DNA of 64,000 nucleotides from Botryllus schlosseri (lineage: Eukaryota). Position numbers and translations under genes: made by a program. The notes beneath the pieces are model-generated. The model saw only the letters and a program-made list of their open reading frames with translations. It was not told the DNA's origin and did not search any database. This document shows positions 21,701-36,300 of the stretch, piece after piece. Location of the stretch: contig CM119372.1 in the NCBI GenBank assembly GCA_051294905.1, positions 21,266,001 through 21,330,000 on the forward strand, in the 5' to 3' direction. Within the stretch, counting starts at the first letter, position 1. The number at the start of each line of letters is the position of its first letter.

Positions 21701-24363
21701 TTTTAAACTATATCTCAAGCATTTATTACACACTTGTATGGTTGATATTGTAATGTAATTTACACAGTTAAGTTCCAGAGTTCTTCATTGTACTGTTTAT
21801 GTGGAATCCAGCCTAGCATTTTCGTTTGAGAGCAGTTGGCAGGGTCAAATAGGTTCTGAGATTGAGTCTTGCACTATATAATATTTATGATTTCTGAATC
21901 ATTTAATACCTTACTGAAATATGGATTTGGTATGCCATTTTGCAGTATTAGTGTCTAGCTCATGTATTTTTCATGAAAGAATGTTCAAAAGATTGTATTC
22001 AATGTTATTAAGCTATAGTACGGTATGGTATTTTAGCAGCGCTCAATCAGAAAAATTGAAGTTAACTACATGTATTTTTACCAATGCAGGCATCACACGT
22101 TTCTATTCTACACTGCAAATTCATAAAGGATGTGACTAATGTGTGGAAAGGCATTGAATTAGTCAAGCTAGACACGCTTTCCAGAATCAGTAAACTCGCT
22201 TTACTATGCTTCACTTCGAAAGCTCGCTTATCTAATTCGTGCGGCACAAAACTCCGAAGGAAAATATTGAACAACTATTTTCGGTTGTCTCACTTTACAT
22301 AAATAGGGCCCTTAAGTCTTTTAAGTATGGAGGCTAGCCTAGCCTTTCTGAGAACCATATTGCCATATTGCCATATCCATTGGCAAGAATCAAAAACCAG
22401 ACTTGGACAACTAGAAAATTTTCAGCTTTTCCAAATTTGATTGGAATTAGCTTACTGACACTTCGCTCTAATTTAGTGAAATTAGACAACTAGAATTATC
22501 TGGTTGTCCAAGGCTGTCAAGAACTCCCTATCTATGCAGCTTACAGTTCATTTGAATCCAAAGTATTTAATTATGTTTCCTGGCACTATCAAGTCACTTT
22601 TATGGGGTGTGTTTTAAAAAGACTATAATTGCACCGATACTTGGCACTCGCATAATGGATAATAATGACTAGTGCAGCCAGCATGGCTTTATGCAGACCT
22701 TTCATCGATATGCTGATCCTTGAGATAGCATGGGAAATTAGCTCTTGATTGATTGAAATGATGTATAGCCCGTAGGTCTGATCTAAAATTAGGCACAGCC
22801 TAATCATGGCTGAGCGTTGAGGATCCCGCAATAGCAGCGTGTCAATATTTGTAAAGGTTAAGCGAGTTCTCATCAGGACATTCTGTTGAAATTAGTGAAT
22901 CATGAATTTGTGACGCACTGGATTCCTTGGACGTAAAAGTTACTTTTGGTTACTCAGTTGAACTACTATGGTTTTGTGTAACAGTTTTATTTTGGTGTAT
23001 TAATGTTTCATCGTTGACTGCATTTCATTCATTTCCTTGTTGGAACCCTGTCATCGGTTTCTGATTGAAGTCTGTCATTGTTTCTGCAGCAGTTGCTTCA
23101 TTTATTTTTCTACATCGTGATCCACTGCTTGAATTCCAACGCTCTAAATGAATTCCAGTTGTCCTTACTGATGCCAGTTTGCCGTGCCATAATTCCGCTG
23201 TAATTTCCTTGTCGACTTTCAGGAAATTGCTTTATTCTCGGAAAATTATCCAAGTTGTGATAATTGTAATCGCATCAATCTCACCATAGCCAACATTTTT
23301 TCATTTCAATCACAGTACTTTATTTATGACAACCTAAAGTTGATTGGGCATCGATCTTTGTGTAGCCAACGGTATGTATATATGTTGTTTACCTAATGTC
23401 TGTACATCTGTACGCGTGTATGCAATTCATAGACCTGTAGGCTAATTAAAGAATATATTGTAATTCACAACCTATCTGCATGCACAATGATTGAACAATT
23501 CAATATTTACATTCAATGATGTCAGTCTTCATGATATCTATTTGCTAACCTGATTGCAGTTTTTAACGATATGTTCTAAAATTCCTTGAATCGGTCCATT
23601 GTGTCAGGCATTAATAGTCCATTCATGGTCGTTGGAGTACTTTCGATTTTAAATATGTGATTTTAGGTGTTAGATATCCAGCAATATCACAGTCAACATT
23701 GGATATTTACTCAGATAGCGATAGTGGTTTCGGAATATGTTTTGACGTTGTAATGGGATACAGAGACGGACAGATATCAATCAGAATGCAGATTTTCAAT
23801 GCTGGGACAGCATCTGCAATAATGGTGATCACGTTCTGGAAAAAGAGCCACAGAAACCAATGACTAGGTTTGCCTGAAGAGATGATTAAATATTGCTGTA
23901 ATACTGACTGAAAATACATCAGAGCCTATTTCAATTTTGGCCATCCGATCTGTAAGTGGCAGTTGCCGCCGGCTCTGATTAAGGGTTATTAGGTACTGTG
24001 CAACTGTGGATGCTCACTCCCGTAAAGTAGGGCATACTGTTACCAGTATATAATTGTTTAGTAGATTTAGTATGATACGGATTTATATTATAGGTGTAAG
24101 CTTTGGCATTGTTGTGTGTCATTGACACTTTCAAAATTGATTTTCTTTCTCTCACGAATGTCCGTCAAGTTGATAGTATTCGGCACCCGGGCCGAAAGTA
24201 TGCAGATATTATGACGATTTTGTATCGATTTTCAGAAATGTAGTTGAATTGCAAATAATTTCCGCAGCCTAAGTAGACGTTGTTACGTTGGGTACGTGGA
24301 GCTTATAAAGCATCAAGAGCCTCTCAATCCGACCTATCTGGGACACGGGCGCTACAAATTATC

Positions 24364-27300
24364 ATGGCGGATCTTGAAGCAGTGCTGGCTGATGTCAGCT
24401 ATTTGATGGCTATGGAAAAGAGTAAGAACACCCCCGCGTCTAGGGCGAGCAAACGGATCCAGTTACCTGATCCCAGGTAAAATTGAGTGCCTGTACCTCA
24501 CTGTAAACTTCTGATTGCAATGTCGCTAGGGTCTGTGTTATCACAGTGATCTTGTGCTGTATCTTGCTAAGATCTTAGGCCTATCTGACTGTGTTGGTAT
24601 GTGATATTTTGGCTATTCGTTTTGATTTTTCCTTGTTGGTTTTGCAGCTGGAAAAGTGAACTTTAGTTGTTAGATATTCTAACCCAAACACATATTTCTG
24701 CAAGACCACCCAGGGCACCCTTTAATATATTGCTATCATAAGATTTAATCCATTGAAGATATCTGCTATCTCCGCATGAAATAATGTCTTTACTTTAGTA
24801 ATGTAATGTGTCATCTTTTTTGTATATGTCATTATGGAGCAAATATTGAAATTGCACTGATTCTTTAACTGCACCATATGGATCAATTTACGGCTAAATG
24901 TAGGCTATATCAATCGTTTGATCTGCATACTAGGACTTATATCATGAGTAGGCAGATCATAAGTTTGCAGTATCCTAACAGATAACCTAGATTGGTCATT
25001 TCTGTTAGTCCTTGGAAATGTCAAGTTGTCTCTACCAAGATTAGCGTGATTGTGCCACATGAAATGGGTACCGTATGCTTACCTTCCTCAGAGAAAGATG
25101 ATTGGTCGCATTGCAAGATCACGAATTTTCCTCTGAGCTGCCAGTAGAAATAGTCACGAAATGAGCCTGAACAGTAAGAATATCTTGAAAAGGCAATTTC
25201 TTATTTTCCAAGTGCGCTAAAAATACTTCAACCTACAGACTTTTATCAGCGGACCTACTTTATGTGACTCTTTGGTCGGATGAGACAATGGTTTTAAGTT
25301 TATTTATGTCTGGCATGATAGGTGGGAACTTGTGAAAGTAACGCAGCGGTCTATTTGCTGCAATCATGAAAACTTATATTAGCAGTAGCTGGCTATTGTT
25401 TCACTTCTGCGGCTGTGCATCCTGATCATGCATATTCATTGGACCAGTAGTTTTCAAACTTTTTTAGACACGCCCCCTTTATGAAAGTGAAAAATTTTGC
25501 GCCCTTCCCCGGTTATCGTCATATCACAAAATGCAACCAGAGTGCTAGCAATCCGAACGGATAGTTTGATGACATGAAAGGCTATGACTGTTGATGAGAG
25601 AATTCACCACTAATAAATTCACGGTGCAAAAACCGTGAATTGGAGGAGAATCGCATAAAGCGCGAAATTTCTTTTCAGTTAACCTCAGCTTCGCGCCCCC
25701 CTTCACATGCTATCACTTCCCCAGTTTAAGAACCACTACATTAGACCCTAGTGACACGGTGATCCTGTGATGTATAAGTTGCATCAGGCCTAGCCTTTCT
25801 GCGAGTAAAAATTTCTTTATAAAAGTGTATGGGCTAGGGCATGCATATAAATTTATTTCATTTCTCATGGTAGTGTATTGTCTAAATTTCCACATTTATG
25901 CTTCTCAATTGATTCAGTACTAATAGGTTTAACATAGAAACACAATTTTGAAGAGTTTCTTTGAACATGAATTGGAGCGCAGTTGATTTCTGTGTATAGT
26001 TATAGCTCCGATAACACTTGGGAACAAGACTTAGAATGTGTCTTGAAGAAACGTGACCTCAAAATCTCATTGTGTTGATTTGCCAATGATTACTGATTGG
26101 GTGCTTTCATGTACAGTGCTCCATTGATGAACTGTGACAGCTCATGTCGAGTTTGATAGAAATGTACTCTTTGCGTGGGCGCTGGGTTCATATTATGATT
26201 ATGCATCTCAAGCGAAACACATCTTTGGATCACGTAAAAGGGACAGTATATGTTAATATTACAGCAGCAACAAAAGCCCAATGACACAAACTACGGTACT
26301 ATTTTGGTCCGAATAAAATTTTTTTATACCAGTATTTAAATTGATAAATTGATACTGTATAATATATAGTATCAATTTATATCCAATTTCAGTCGAAAAC
26401 TGGTTTTAAATGGAAAAGTCTTCAGTTCTTGAATACATTATTTGAATAACTACCGATTTCGTGCTACTGCAGGATAAGTTTGCTAAATAAAGTGATTGCT
26501 CTGTAATCAAGCATGAATGCACGACCTTACCATGACATCAAAAAGTTTTCATAGAGTTGATGTGTCACAATAGAATTACTGGGTATATCATGTGAACCAT
26601 AACATGTTCATAAGTTTTGTCTATCAAATGGTACATTTGATTCTGGTTTTACATATATTGATGATGTCATATTCAGTCATCGTTAGCACTTTCTGCCAAT
26701 ATCCATATTTTCTGAAAGCTCTCGAGTGCTCGCAGACTTTGCCGACCAATGCCTTGCATTATTTGCATTTAATTTCATTGCGATAAATATGCATTGTATT
26801 TTTATAATGTAAATTACAAGATTTCAAGATTGTAAAGCCTTGTATTAAATTGAAGTCGCAACCATGAAATTTTGTATGTCTTGGTGAAGGGATTGCCTGC
26901 TCATCCAGTTGCTCTAAATTCATAATTATTGAGAGTGGAAATATCGGATCTGGTTTGAGATGATTCATATACAAATTTAGAATTGGATAATTGACAAGCT
27001 CTTTCATTTTTTATCATGTTAATCCCTCACTTTCGTCTGCAGTTTCACATGGTGTGAGGCAAATCACAATATCTTGGCCTATCCAAGCAGAAGAGCTATG
27101 CCTAGGCATTAAAAGTGTTTGTGGTTAAATTACTTTAAAAAGATCCTGCTATGACACATGACAACCCATATAGAATAGTTTTATAGACTTTTGACATAGT
27201 GACGTCTATGTTGAAATCATATCCAGCCATAGGCTATGTTAATTATTGAAACCATCTTAACAAAACCGTGCAATGGATTCTGTCGCCGGATGAAATGCTG

Positions 27301-30300
27301 AATCCATCACTATTTCTGTTTCCATTGTGTTGTGAAGGTCATACCGTTTCTGGGCGGCCCTTGGAGCATTGGAGTTTTTTCAAGCGGTCTCCTCCAGCTT
27401 CACTGAAAATGACTTCTGGCATGAATCTTTCATTTGCAACTTTCAGATGGACTGTTTTTCTATTATAACATACATTATAACGCCACATCAGTTCTTGGAA
27501 TCACATGCTTTTGTAAATAATTTCTTGGGAAAGCTGAATTGACTGTGAGATTTCTTCTGCCCAAGAATGTGTTTAGGGTTTGAAGATGATGAGATTGTCA
27601 CTCACACACTCCATATATACCTCTGATGATCCTATGGTCCTGGATACCTTTCCACTTCAATAACTTGGCGTCTTAATCTTGAGTCTTATATTCTGATAGT
27701 CTACTTGCGTTTATTGGCTTTGTAGGAACACACACCTAAATCTCTTTTATCCCAGTGGAGGTAAATAAATGGTTGCCTAAATCGCTGTTTCTGAACATTC
27801 ATTCAATCGATCCTATCAAATCCAGCTATATTTGCTGTCAGGTATTGAGCATGGTTGCATGACATCGTATATTGCCATAAGTTTGGTTATTGGTGAATTG
27901 GCATTCTCGATTCTTCCATTTTCCTGTAAATACTGCAAGTTTGTTTGATGATGATGTGCTTGCTTACAATGATTTGCAACATATTTCATAAAATGCAATC
28001 AATATTTCATACAAGGGCCGTTGAGAACACTAAATTTACTGTTTTGACAAAGCTATCAATGCCGCGAAAGGAAATTGATTAAAGAATTGCAGAATCCCCA
28101 ATTTATAGGCTGCTCGTGATTGACTCTTGGATTTTCGTCGCCTTGTTTACATTATGTCTGGCCATACTCACTTTCTCAAAACTTTCAGTCGTCCTGATGC
28201 ATGTTTGAAAACATGATGGAATTCCGGTAGTAATTGGAACGGGGAATGTCATTCAAAACCATGGCGTGTACTGGCAATATAATTACTATCCTTATGAGTT
28301 GGTACCTAGTGATTTGGTGAGTCTTTTCACACTATTCTATGTGATTCAAAGAGTTCTTCACTACCGGTATGTCAACTAACCACTCTGCTCTGATGAAGTT
28401 TCACAATCCGCGTTCTATAATTCTTTGATCTAATCTTGCTGAGATAGGTTGTAGATTTCTGATATTCGCTGCTAATCGGATGTTTTCATCTCATATTTTG
28501 TATTGTAATCCAAAGCAACGTTGCTTTAGGTGGTATTTAATTTTCCCCAGTCCATGAAATCATGTTTAGATGAAGTGCAGTGTAAACAGTGTGTCCCTTG
28601 TGATGGCCTTATCTTATTATGCACAATCCAGCTTGCCCTTTTGTACCATTATCAGCCTCCCAATCTATAGATTAAGGGAGCCATGTTTACTGCGCTGTCA
28701 GTTCACACACACAGTATGACGTTGCCTGATTATGGTATCCACCATCCATCTACAGACCTACAGTGCATCCAGTCTCTTGTGTCCGTTCGTCCGGCCCTAG
28801 CTACCACCACAATATTTTACTTGCATCCATCCATAACCAACAAAATCATAGCCTACAGATTAGTGTTATTACAATTAAAATTTTGTAATACCATAACTAT
28901 TATTTCTAAGCATCTTATTGATTAGTGTTTTCTGTGCACTAATTCAAATAGTAAGATTGGCCTTTACTATTATTTGATTAATGATTTCATGCCAAGGTGC
29001 AGACGATATTACTATTTCGGGACATGCTATTTCAGGACGATGATATGAGATAGCCTTAATCAATTCATTTGACGTCACACTAAGCCTTTTCTGTGTTGTC
29101 TTGTTATCAAGGCAATACTTTAAGTGAGGCATGTTCTCAATGCTCAAGCCCTCGGGGTGACAGGTTGCAATCTTTATTATGGAAAACCCCTGCACATATC
29201 TGTCGGTTCAAAACAGTGGTGGGGTTTGATATGGTCTGTTATTTGTCTGTATTTATAGCTATATTTTTGCATTGTACAGGCGTTGGGGTATGAGTGGGTG
29301 TGTGTGTGTGTGTGTGTGTTGAGTTAACAAACTACAAGGTTGAGTAAGTAGGGCCTAGCTGCAGTCATTGAAGTTGTATTCTGGTCTTGTGGTCATCTCG
29401 AACCTGAAAGTGTTATTTTCTAATCCTGTGATGTTATGGTTTTTGATAATTTAGTGACGTACTATATCACATTATCACAACACCTTTTAATTGGCCTCTA
29501 TCTGATTACAAACTGAATATAATTATGTGGTTAGTTCGGTTCTGTGAACACCTATATGCATGTATTTGCCTGCTAATGGAGTGAATCATTTCTTTACAGC
29601 ATCCGCACAGTGATGATGAAGTATCTTCAAGAACGCAGCCTGGTTAGTTTCGAAGAAATTTTTGAACAGCATATTGGTGAGAGATTGTTTGACATCATTT
29701 ATTTTTTCTTTGAATAATGATATGTTAATGCGATGCCGATGAACCTGGATATTTCTAAATGCCATCCATTACCATTTTTCTTCTTAGCCCTTTTATATCA
29801 TGAAGTTATTTTAAATTGAGCCTAGCTTGCTAAAAGTAGGCTAGTCTAATTCCCTGTCTCAAATTACCCCGACTTCCACGCCTTGACCTTGACGGATCTT
29901 GGTCAATCCAGGATGTCAGCATTCATCTTTCAATAATATAATCAGATCAGAGAATTTCCAGAGACATAGCTACATTTTGGCTGAGATCTAATCTAATTGA
30001 TCCATGTCATATTATTACTTTCATATGACCTATTTTTCTGTGGAGCTTATTGGCCACTGTTTATATTTTGCTGTCGCCCTGCAATGTCATTAGTCAGCTG
30101 GAATTGCGATGAATATATCGTAGCAGTGGAATCAAAGTGTCTTATGTCCAGTTTTCCAATTTTGAAGGTCCATTTTTAAAACTTGAAAAAAGTCAAGTTT
30201 ATGGAAGATTTTCTATGTGTTTCGGCCATATCGTGGCCATGGTTATGTCTGTTTCAATAATTCAAAGTTAATCAGGGCCAATATATGGCTGAAAGATCAT

Positions 30301-33300
30301 GAATACTTCACGTAAAGTCAATTTTCTCAAAATGTGTAAAATGGACATAAGTCACTTTGATTCCACTGCGACAATATATTGAAATTGAAGATATTAGACC
30401 GGTTTTTAATATAGGCTAGTTAGCATTGGTGCGTCCCACCTTTGTCAAGGATTTTCAAAAGAAATTTGGGGTAATAAATGCATATTTGAAGAAATCAGCT
30501 AATTTGAGTCGTAGATGAGATACATGCCATCTTCGTAATAGAACTGTGAACTATATTCTCTTGATTGATTGTTATGATTGGCTTGTCATAGGAGGTGTTA
30601 GTTGCCATTGCCTGCCGGAAGGTTGTCTAAGGTCGCAGGTCATTGACAGTACCAGGAAGCAGGGAAATTGTGTTTGATGCGTTTTGATTGGAAGGTACGT
30701 CCTGCCATTCAAGGGAGGCTTAGACGTATTCTTCGCAGTGAGCACTGTGCAGTGTTCCCAGTTGCATTTATGATATCAAACTAGTTCTAGAACTTGTGAT
30801 CTGCTGAAAATATGTATGTAAAATATAAATAAAGTTTGATTTAGTGGTTTCGGTGCAGTAGTTCATGGCATTTGTCGGAGTTCTCAAAATGCTTACACAT
30901 CCCTTGATCTGTTGAATAGAATTTTGGCGCCATATGGTGATAACAATGCAAATTCAGGGGTAGAGTTTGCGAAATTCTAACCTTGGCTCCCCTGAGACTC
31001 AATATTTTTATGGGCTGAGAATAATTTATTCCTATCCACAGTGCTTCATTCCCATCATAGACCATGGTGATGTTATTGTCAAGCTAATGGAAAAATGACT
31101 GTGGAAGATTTTGTAAGCCTCCCATGGGGCTGGATTGAATGCAATATTGCCTTGAAAAATCTGTAAATTTCTTTGAGTGTGTTAACTGGAGTATGGAGTG
31201 TGTTAACTGGAGTGTGTTGCATTGTAGTGCCATCTTCATTTTTGGTAGATCTTATCAGTAAAACTAATAAAAGCAGCTGCCGAATCTTGTCACAGAGTGG
31301 CAAGTATCCCGAACAGCATTTGTTGGTTGGCTGTGACCTAAATTTATAAAAAATTTGAAGAGCTTCTTGGAGGTACAGAACTTCAATATACAATTGTTGA
31401 TTTACGATGCTCTTTTCCATTCTCTAGTAGTTGCAGACAATTGCCCCTGTCTAGTGTCAGCCAGAAATATTTAACTTCATTTCTAAATGAATATACTATC
31501 CAACTGAAAAAAAAATGAATTATCATGTGAAGTTACAGCCTGAAGGAAACCTCAATCTTTCACAGCTTACAGAAAATAATAGTGGGTTGTCTAATTCGCT
31601 GGCAAGTCCAACGGATCTCTTTCATCTATTTATGATTAGCTGCGCCACCGAATGACTTCACTTCACACCTATGCTTAGATCAGCGATTCAATGTCATATA
31701 CTTACACAATTAATGGTAGGCCTGCTCGTCAAAATAATATCTTATTTGATAAGAGAATGCTTTCGTCAATTTTTCATGCTAAGTTTGGAAAGATCTTCAT
31801 GTGCTACAAACCATACCCAAACTTCCGTTATTATGACTTATGCAACAGATCTAATAATATTTTGCTGCCCCAATGTGTAATCAGTATCCACACTGTCACT
31901 TTCAAACAAAGCACAAAGGCTATCAGTTTCATCCTCCATTGGAACAACAACAGACTTGAGATATCTCCATCACTACTTTTGTGTGATTGACAGCTTACTT
32001 GTCGTTGGCGTTAAAACAGTTTGTGGTTGCTGTTTTCCCAATTGGGAAGTCGGCTGTGATATGACACGCTGTTGCACTGTTCCGTCATTCATGTTATATC
32101 ATGTGTCTGCAATCTTATTCCTTACTATGGTCTCTTGAGATAGTAACTTATACAGACCAAGGAATTTTGGGTGGTTCATGACTGTGTGAGATTCTCTGAC
32201 CTGACTTGACTAGTAATATGCACCCAAATACTGCTGATCATTCCCTCTGATGATGTTCTGTTCATTAGACGGATGAGATTTCATGGATATCAATTTTAAA
32301 GGATGTCTATTCATAGGCCTAGCGTCTGTTATTTTCACCAAAAAAGCTATGTTATTTTCACCGAGAAAGCATACTGCACATTAACAAAACGAGATGCCAA
32401 CAGGTTTTCAAGCGAAACTTGCAACTGCTGTTCGAATATGAAATGCTGACACCTGACAGTATAGCGATAGGTAGCTTCTCTAGCTGCAACTTTGCAAGAC
32501 TTATATTCAAATATTGTATAGTTGTTGTAAACTAAACCAAAAATGATGAGTTGACATGATATGAAGTTGTGTTGTATTAGATTTCCATGTTTCATAGACG
32601 GCTGTATAGGACTATAGGTCACCTGGTTACTGCTCCTTATTTTGATTCACTCTTGAATGGTACTTACGGAATATATTATGATAATCCTGACCCACTGGAT
32701 TCATGGCCGTTGCTGCTTTTTAGAGCAAGAAATCAAATCTAGATGTTCATCTATCCAATGCATTCTTTAGTAATTCTTCCATTTGACTTAATCCAAATAT
32801 GTGCAACTGAATTTTGCCGCATTCTAGAATTACAACATTTACTGGTCTTACAATACCAATACTCTTAGTACCTATACACTGGCATTGTTAATGAGTTCTT
32901 TTTTCAACCAGGTTTTGCACTCTTCAAAGAATATTGTCAAAACTTGAAGAAAGGCAGTTCTCCCCACATGAAGTTTTATGAAGAGGTAACAACTTAAGTA
33001 TTTGATACACTTGATTTGCCATAGAGGTCATTCTGTCAGTGTAATTTCATTTTTACTGGGTATATGATTTGCTCGTGACGTACACTGGTAAATTCTTTCC
33101 AAGATACTTTACTATGCAATGATGCGCATAATCTGATATGATGGTCTATATATAATGCAAATGTTTTTTTTACTGTACCCATGCTAATTCCATTTTTGTG
33201 ATATGGCAAAGCAGACGAAACACTGCAGCCAAAACTCTTGACAAGTTGTGGCTTCACTAGTGGCGTGTGTTTTTCCCTAATTGATATCCGCAATAGCGAG

Positions 33301-36300
33301 TAGATTAGAATGTTCTTGGTGCAATGCTCTGTTGCCACTGTTAAGTTTGGATGATCATTAAAGATATTTCCAAATGCAAATTGAGCTAATATTTTCACAA
33401 TTTCATCTAGTCAAAGTTAAATCCCTAACCATATAATCCTAAGTTCTTGAAATTGGTTTCATACCGTTGCTAACTTTAGTGCCCCTTCATGAAAATCAGT
33501 CGAATGTTCAGTTCCAAATGAGTTGGAGTTGGATTGATGATAAGTAGTGGGATTGGTCTCGAAACGAAACTGTTATTTGAAATATTTTCTGTAAAGTCGT
33601 CATGCTTCACGTGTACCAACTTGATTTTAATTTGTAGCCTATTCAACCCAATAAAGGCATTGTCACATATTATAAGTATTTTAATCGAAAAATTAGAGAG
33701 TTATGTAGGTGGTCACACAGCTGGTCGAAAAAAGTTGGCTTGGCTCATGAATTGCCTTGAACAGTCACCTGACGACAGTAGACGATATGTGGCATCGTTG
33801 CTGCAATCAAATTCCGCAATTCATGAGTTTTACTAAATCCACAATTGCAACTTTTTACTTCGCACTGTAACCTCACCATATTTCAGGCTGCCTATTAAAG
33901 CCATGTCACTTTTCTGCCAAACTATAAGATCTTACTATAAAAAGAAGAACAGCATCGAATCCCAAGGGAATAAAATATCGATCCCTGAAACGTTTCCAGA
34001 GTCCCTGCATATCATTCATCTTAAAGCCACCTGTATATTTCGTCTTACACTTTTAATCCCATGCAAAGGAAATGATTCTTGGAAATAAAACCGGACTGCG
34101 TTAAGCTAAAGCCGTGGCAATTACGTAGCTACAAACCAAAGTTATTTCATTCAAGTTGAAGCGGTAAAGCAGCAGGATTTTGTGAAGTAGAAAGTAGTTT
34201 TGGGATATGTTTGCATTGCTTTTATGAGTGATATTGTCAAAACTATGAGTAAATTCCCTGTGTCGCAGTAACTGACTATATTTATGAAAATTGCAATGCA
34301 ATTACAAAAAAATGGCTAGCTCTCATTAATTTCTGAAAGTAGGTATGTGAAGAAGCCGCAACTAAGTCTACTTTTTGAACAACTTATCCGAGTACTTTTC
34401 AAAATCTTCATTTCTGCCTCCTGTATACCTATATTTGGCATGTTTTGGAAATCGCTCTGCTACTTTTGCTTTTACTTGAATAAAAAACTATGGTGTTACT
34501 TTTACTTGAATGCTTCTACGCTACGTTGGCCGCCCCTGCTTCCGACACACGGAAGCGTGCAAGGGCGGGGACTCGAAACGTGAGCATTCGTGTTGCGGTG
34601 GTGGTATTCACCAACCGCACCATGTCAGTCATGGTTCTATGCCAATACCGAGAATGGACATTACCGGGAATGGCCAATGCCGAGAATCTAACATACTGAA
34701 ACAGACATTGTCAAGAAATTTATACCTGAGAATGTACACCAAATTTGGCAACGCCGCGATGCACATACACACGATCAGTACATATGCATAACATCCCTGC
34801 ATTGCATGCATACGCTACATGCGAACAACGATTAACTCATTTCCGTGCGTGGAAGGAGTGCAGGCCTATTTTGCTAATAAATTAAGACTTGATTGCTCTG
34901 CCATTTGGCACCTCTCTTAGCTGACCAACACGTGTTGTGACTTTCAGTCCTGATGCATGTGATCGATCAGTAGAGTTGGTTTTAAAAGCAGTTTTACAAT
35001 ATCAGCTGATTGTGACGGTGGTGTCCATTCTCGGTAATGTCCATTTTCTGTGGTGTCCATATTTCTCGGTAGTGGTTTTCTCGGTATTGACCAGACGCCG
35101 TAAGTTATAGAGAAGCCTGTTATGTCCTTGGACGTTCTTCGATTGTGCCGAATGAACCAGTCAAACAATTAGACAGTAGACTGCCAGTTTCTCGCAGTCT
35201 CTTCCCGCATTAGCATGTCAGGATTTGTCAATTCTTCTATTTTGACTGCCAATCCAGTTATGAGAAGCCACACAAATTTGTGAGTGATGATGCGCACGAC
35301 CAACAATTCCCGAGAGATTTTTGATTGTCATATTGGGTAGGCTAATTATAGCATGTCTCCCTTCTAATTCTTCTTTGCAATATGTTGTTGCCGCAACAAA
35401 GAGACAAGAAGGAGAGAGGGTGGATGGAAGTAAAAATAGGTTCTGGAAATGGGTCTGCAACGTTATTGCCGATTGGTGCTTACTAGAAACAATTTTTCAG
35501 ATTTTTTCATGCATGATACTTGCGCATGCGCAATGGTATTCAATGGAGTTAGATATTAGTTAAGTAGGCTATGAGTTAGAAGTAAAGATAACAATTGCTA
35601 CTTTTCTAACTGATAGTACGGTAGCAAGAAATTGTCAAGACATCTCAAAACTACTTGAACTGTAACTTCGAGATGTGAGATTATATAATTGCCCCAGTAA
35701 GTAGTTGGAGTGGGTAAATTACATACTTTTGATTCTCAATCGCTGACAGCTTTCAAAATTGCAAGATACAACCGAGGCCTTCGATACAACTTTGTGATTA
35801 TCTGGTGAGAATGACTACTATTGCATACCGTATTCACAACAAATAAGTGATGTGCTACATGCCGAGTTGCTATGCCAATTTCCCTCTTGAAAGTGATTAA
35901 AATAACACATGAAACAATCTTTCCTTCTGGACAAGATCTAAAATTGGCAGGGATATATAGATTGCATTCCTTGCAAAGAGTATTTCGTTTAAATTAATTC
36001 AAAACACAATGTGACAGGGTGAAACGCCTTTGCATGTTTCTGTTATTTCTCAATTTGCAGATTCAGAATTATAAGGAAACCGACGATATCCAGGATCGTA
36101 AAGATTTAGCGAAGAACATTTTCGACGAGTATATCATGAAAGGCCTGCTCTCGTGCTCACACGTAAGCGGACCGCCGTTTGGCGGCTTTCGTTCGCACTT
36201 TTGCAATTTGTGTCATGCGCGCCTCTGACCTTTGCAGGAATTCAGTCAGCAAGCCATGGCTTGCGTTCGGACGAAGTTGTCGGAGCACGAATATCCTTTA

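Noticed and set aside
24280-24363. In-frame TTG-initiated N-terminal extension of GRK2 in the ORF track
   Set aside because: There is no ATG, and the GRK2 N-terminus is conserved starting at MADLE; treated as 5' UTR.
31650-32000. Minus-strand KIFPNLA-like hAT dimerisation relic
   Set aside because: Too many stops and no termini; cannot be supported without a profile search.
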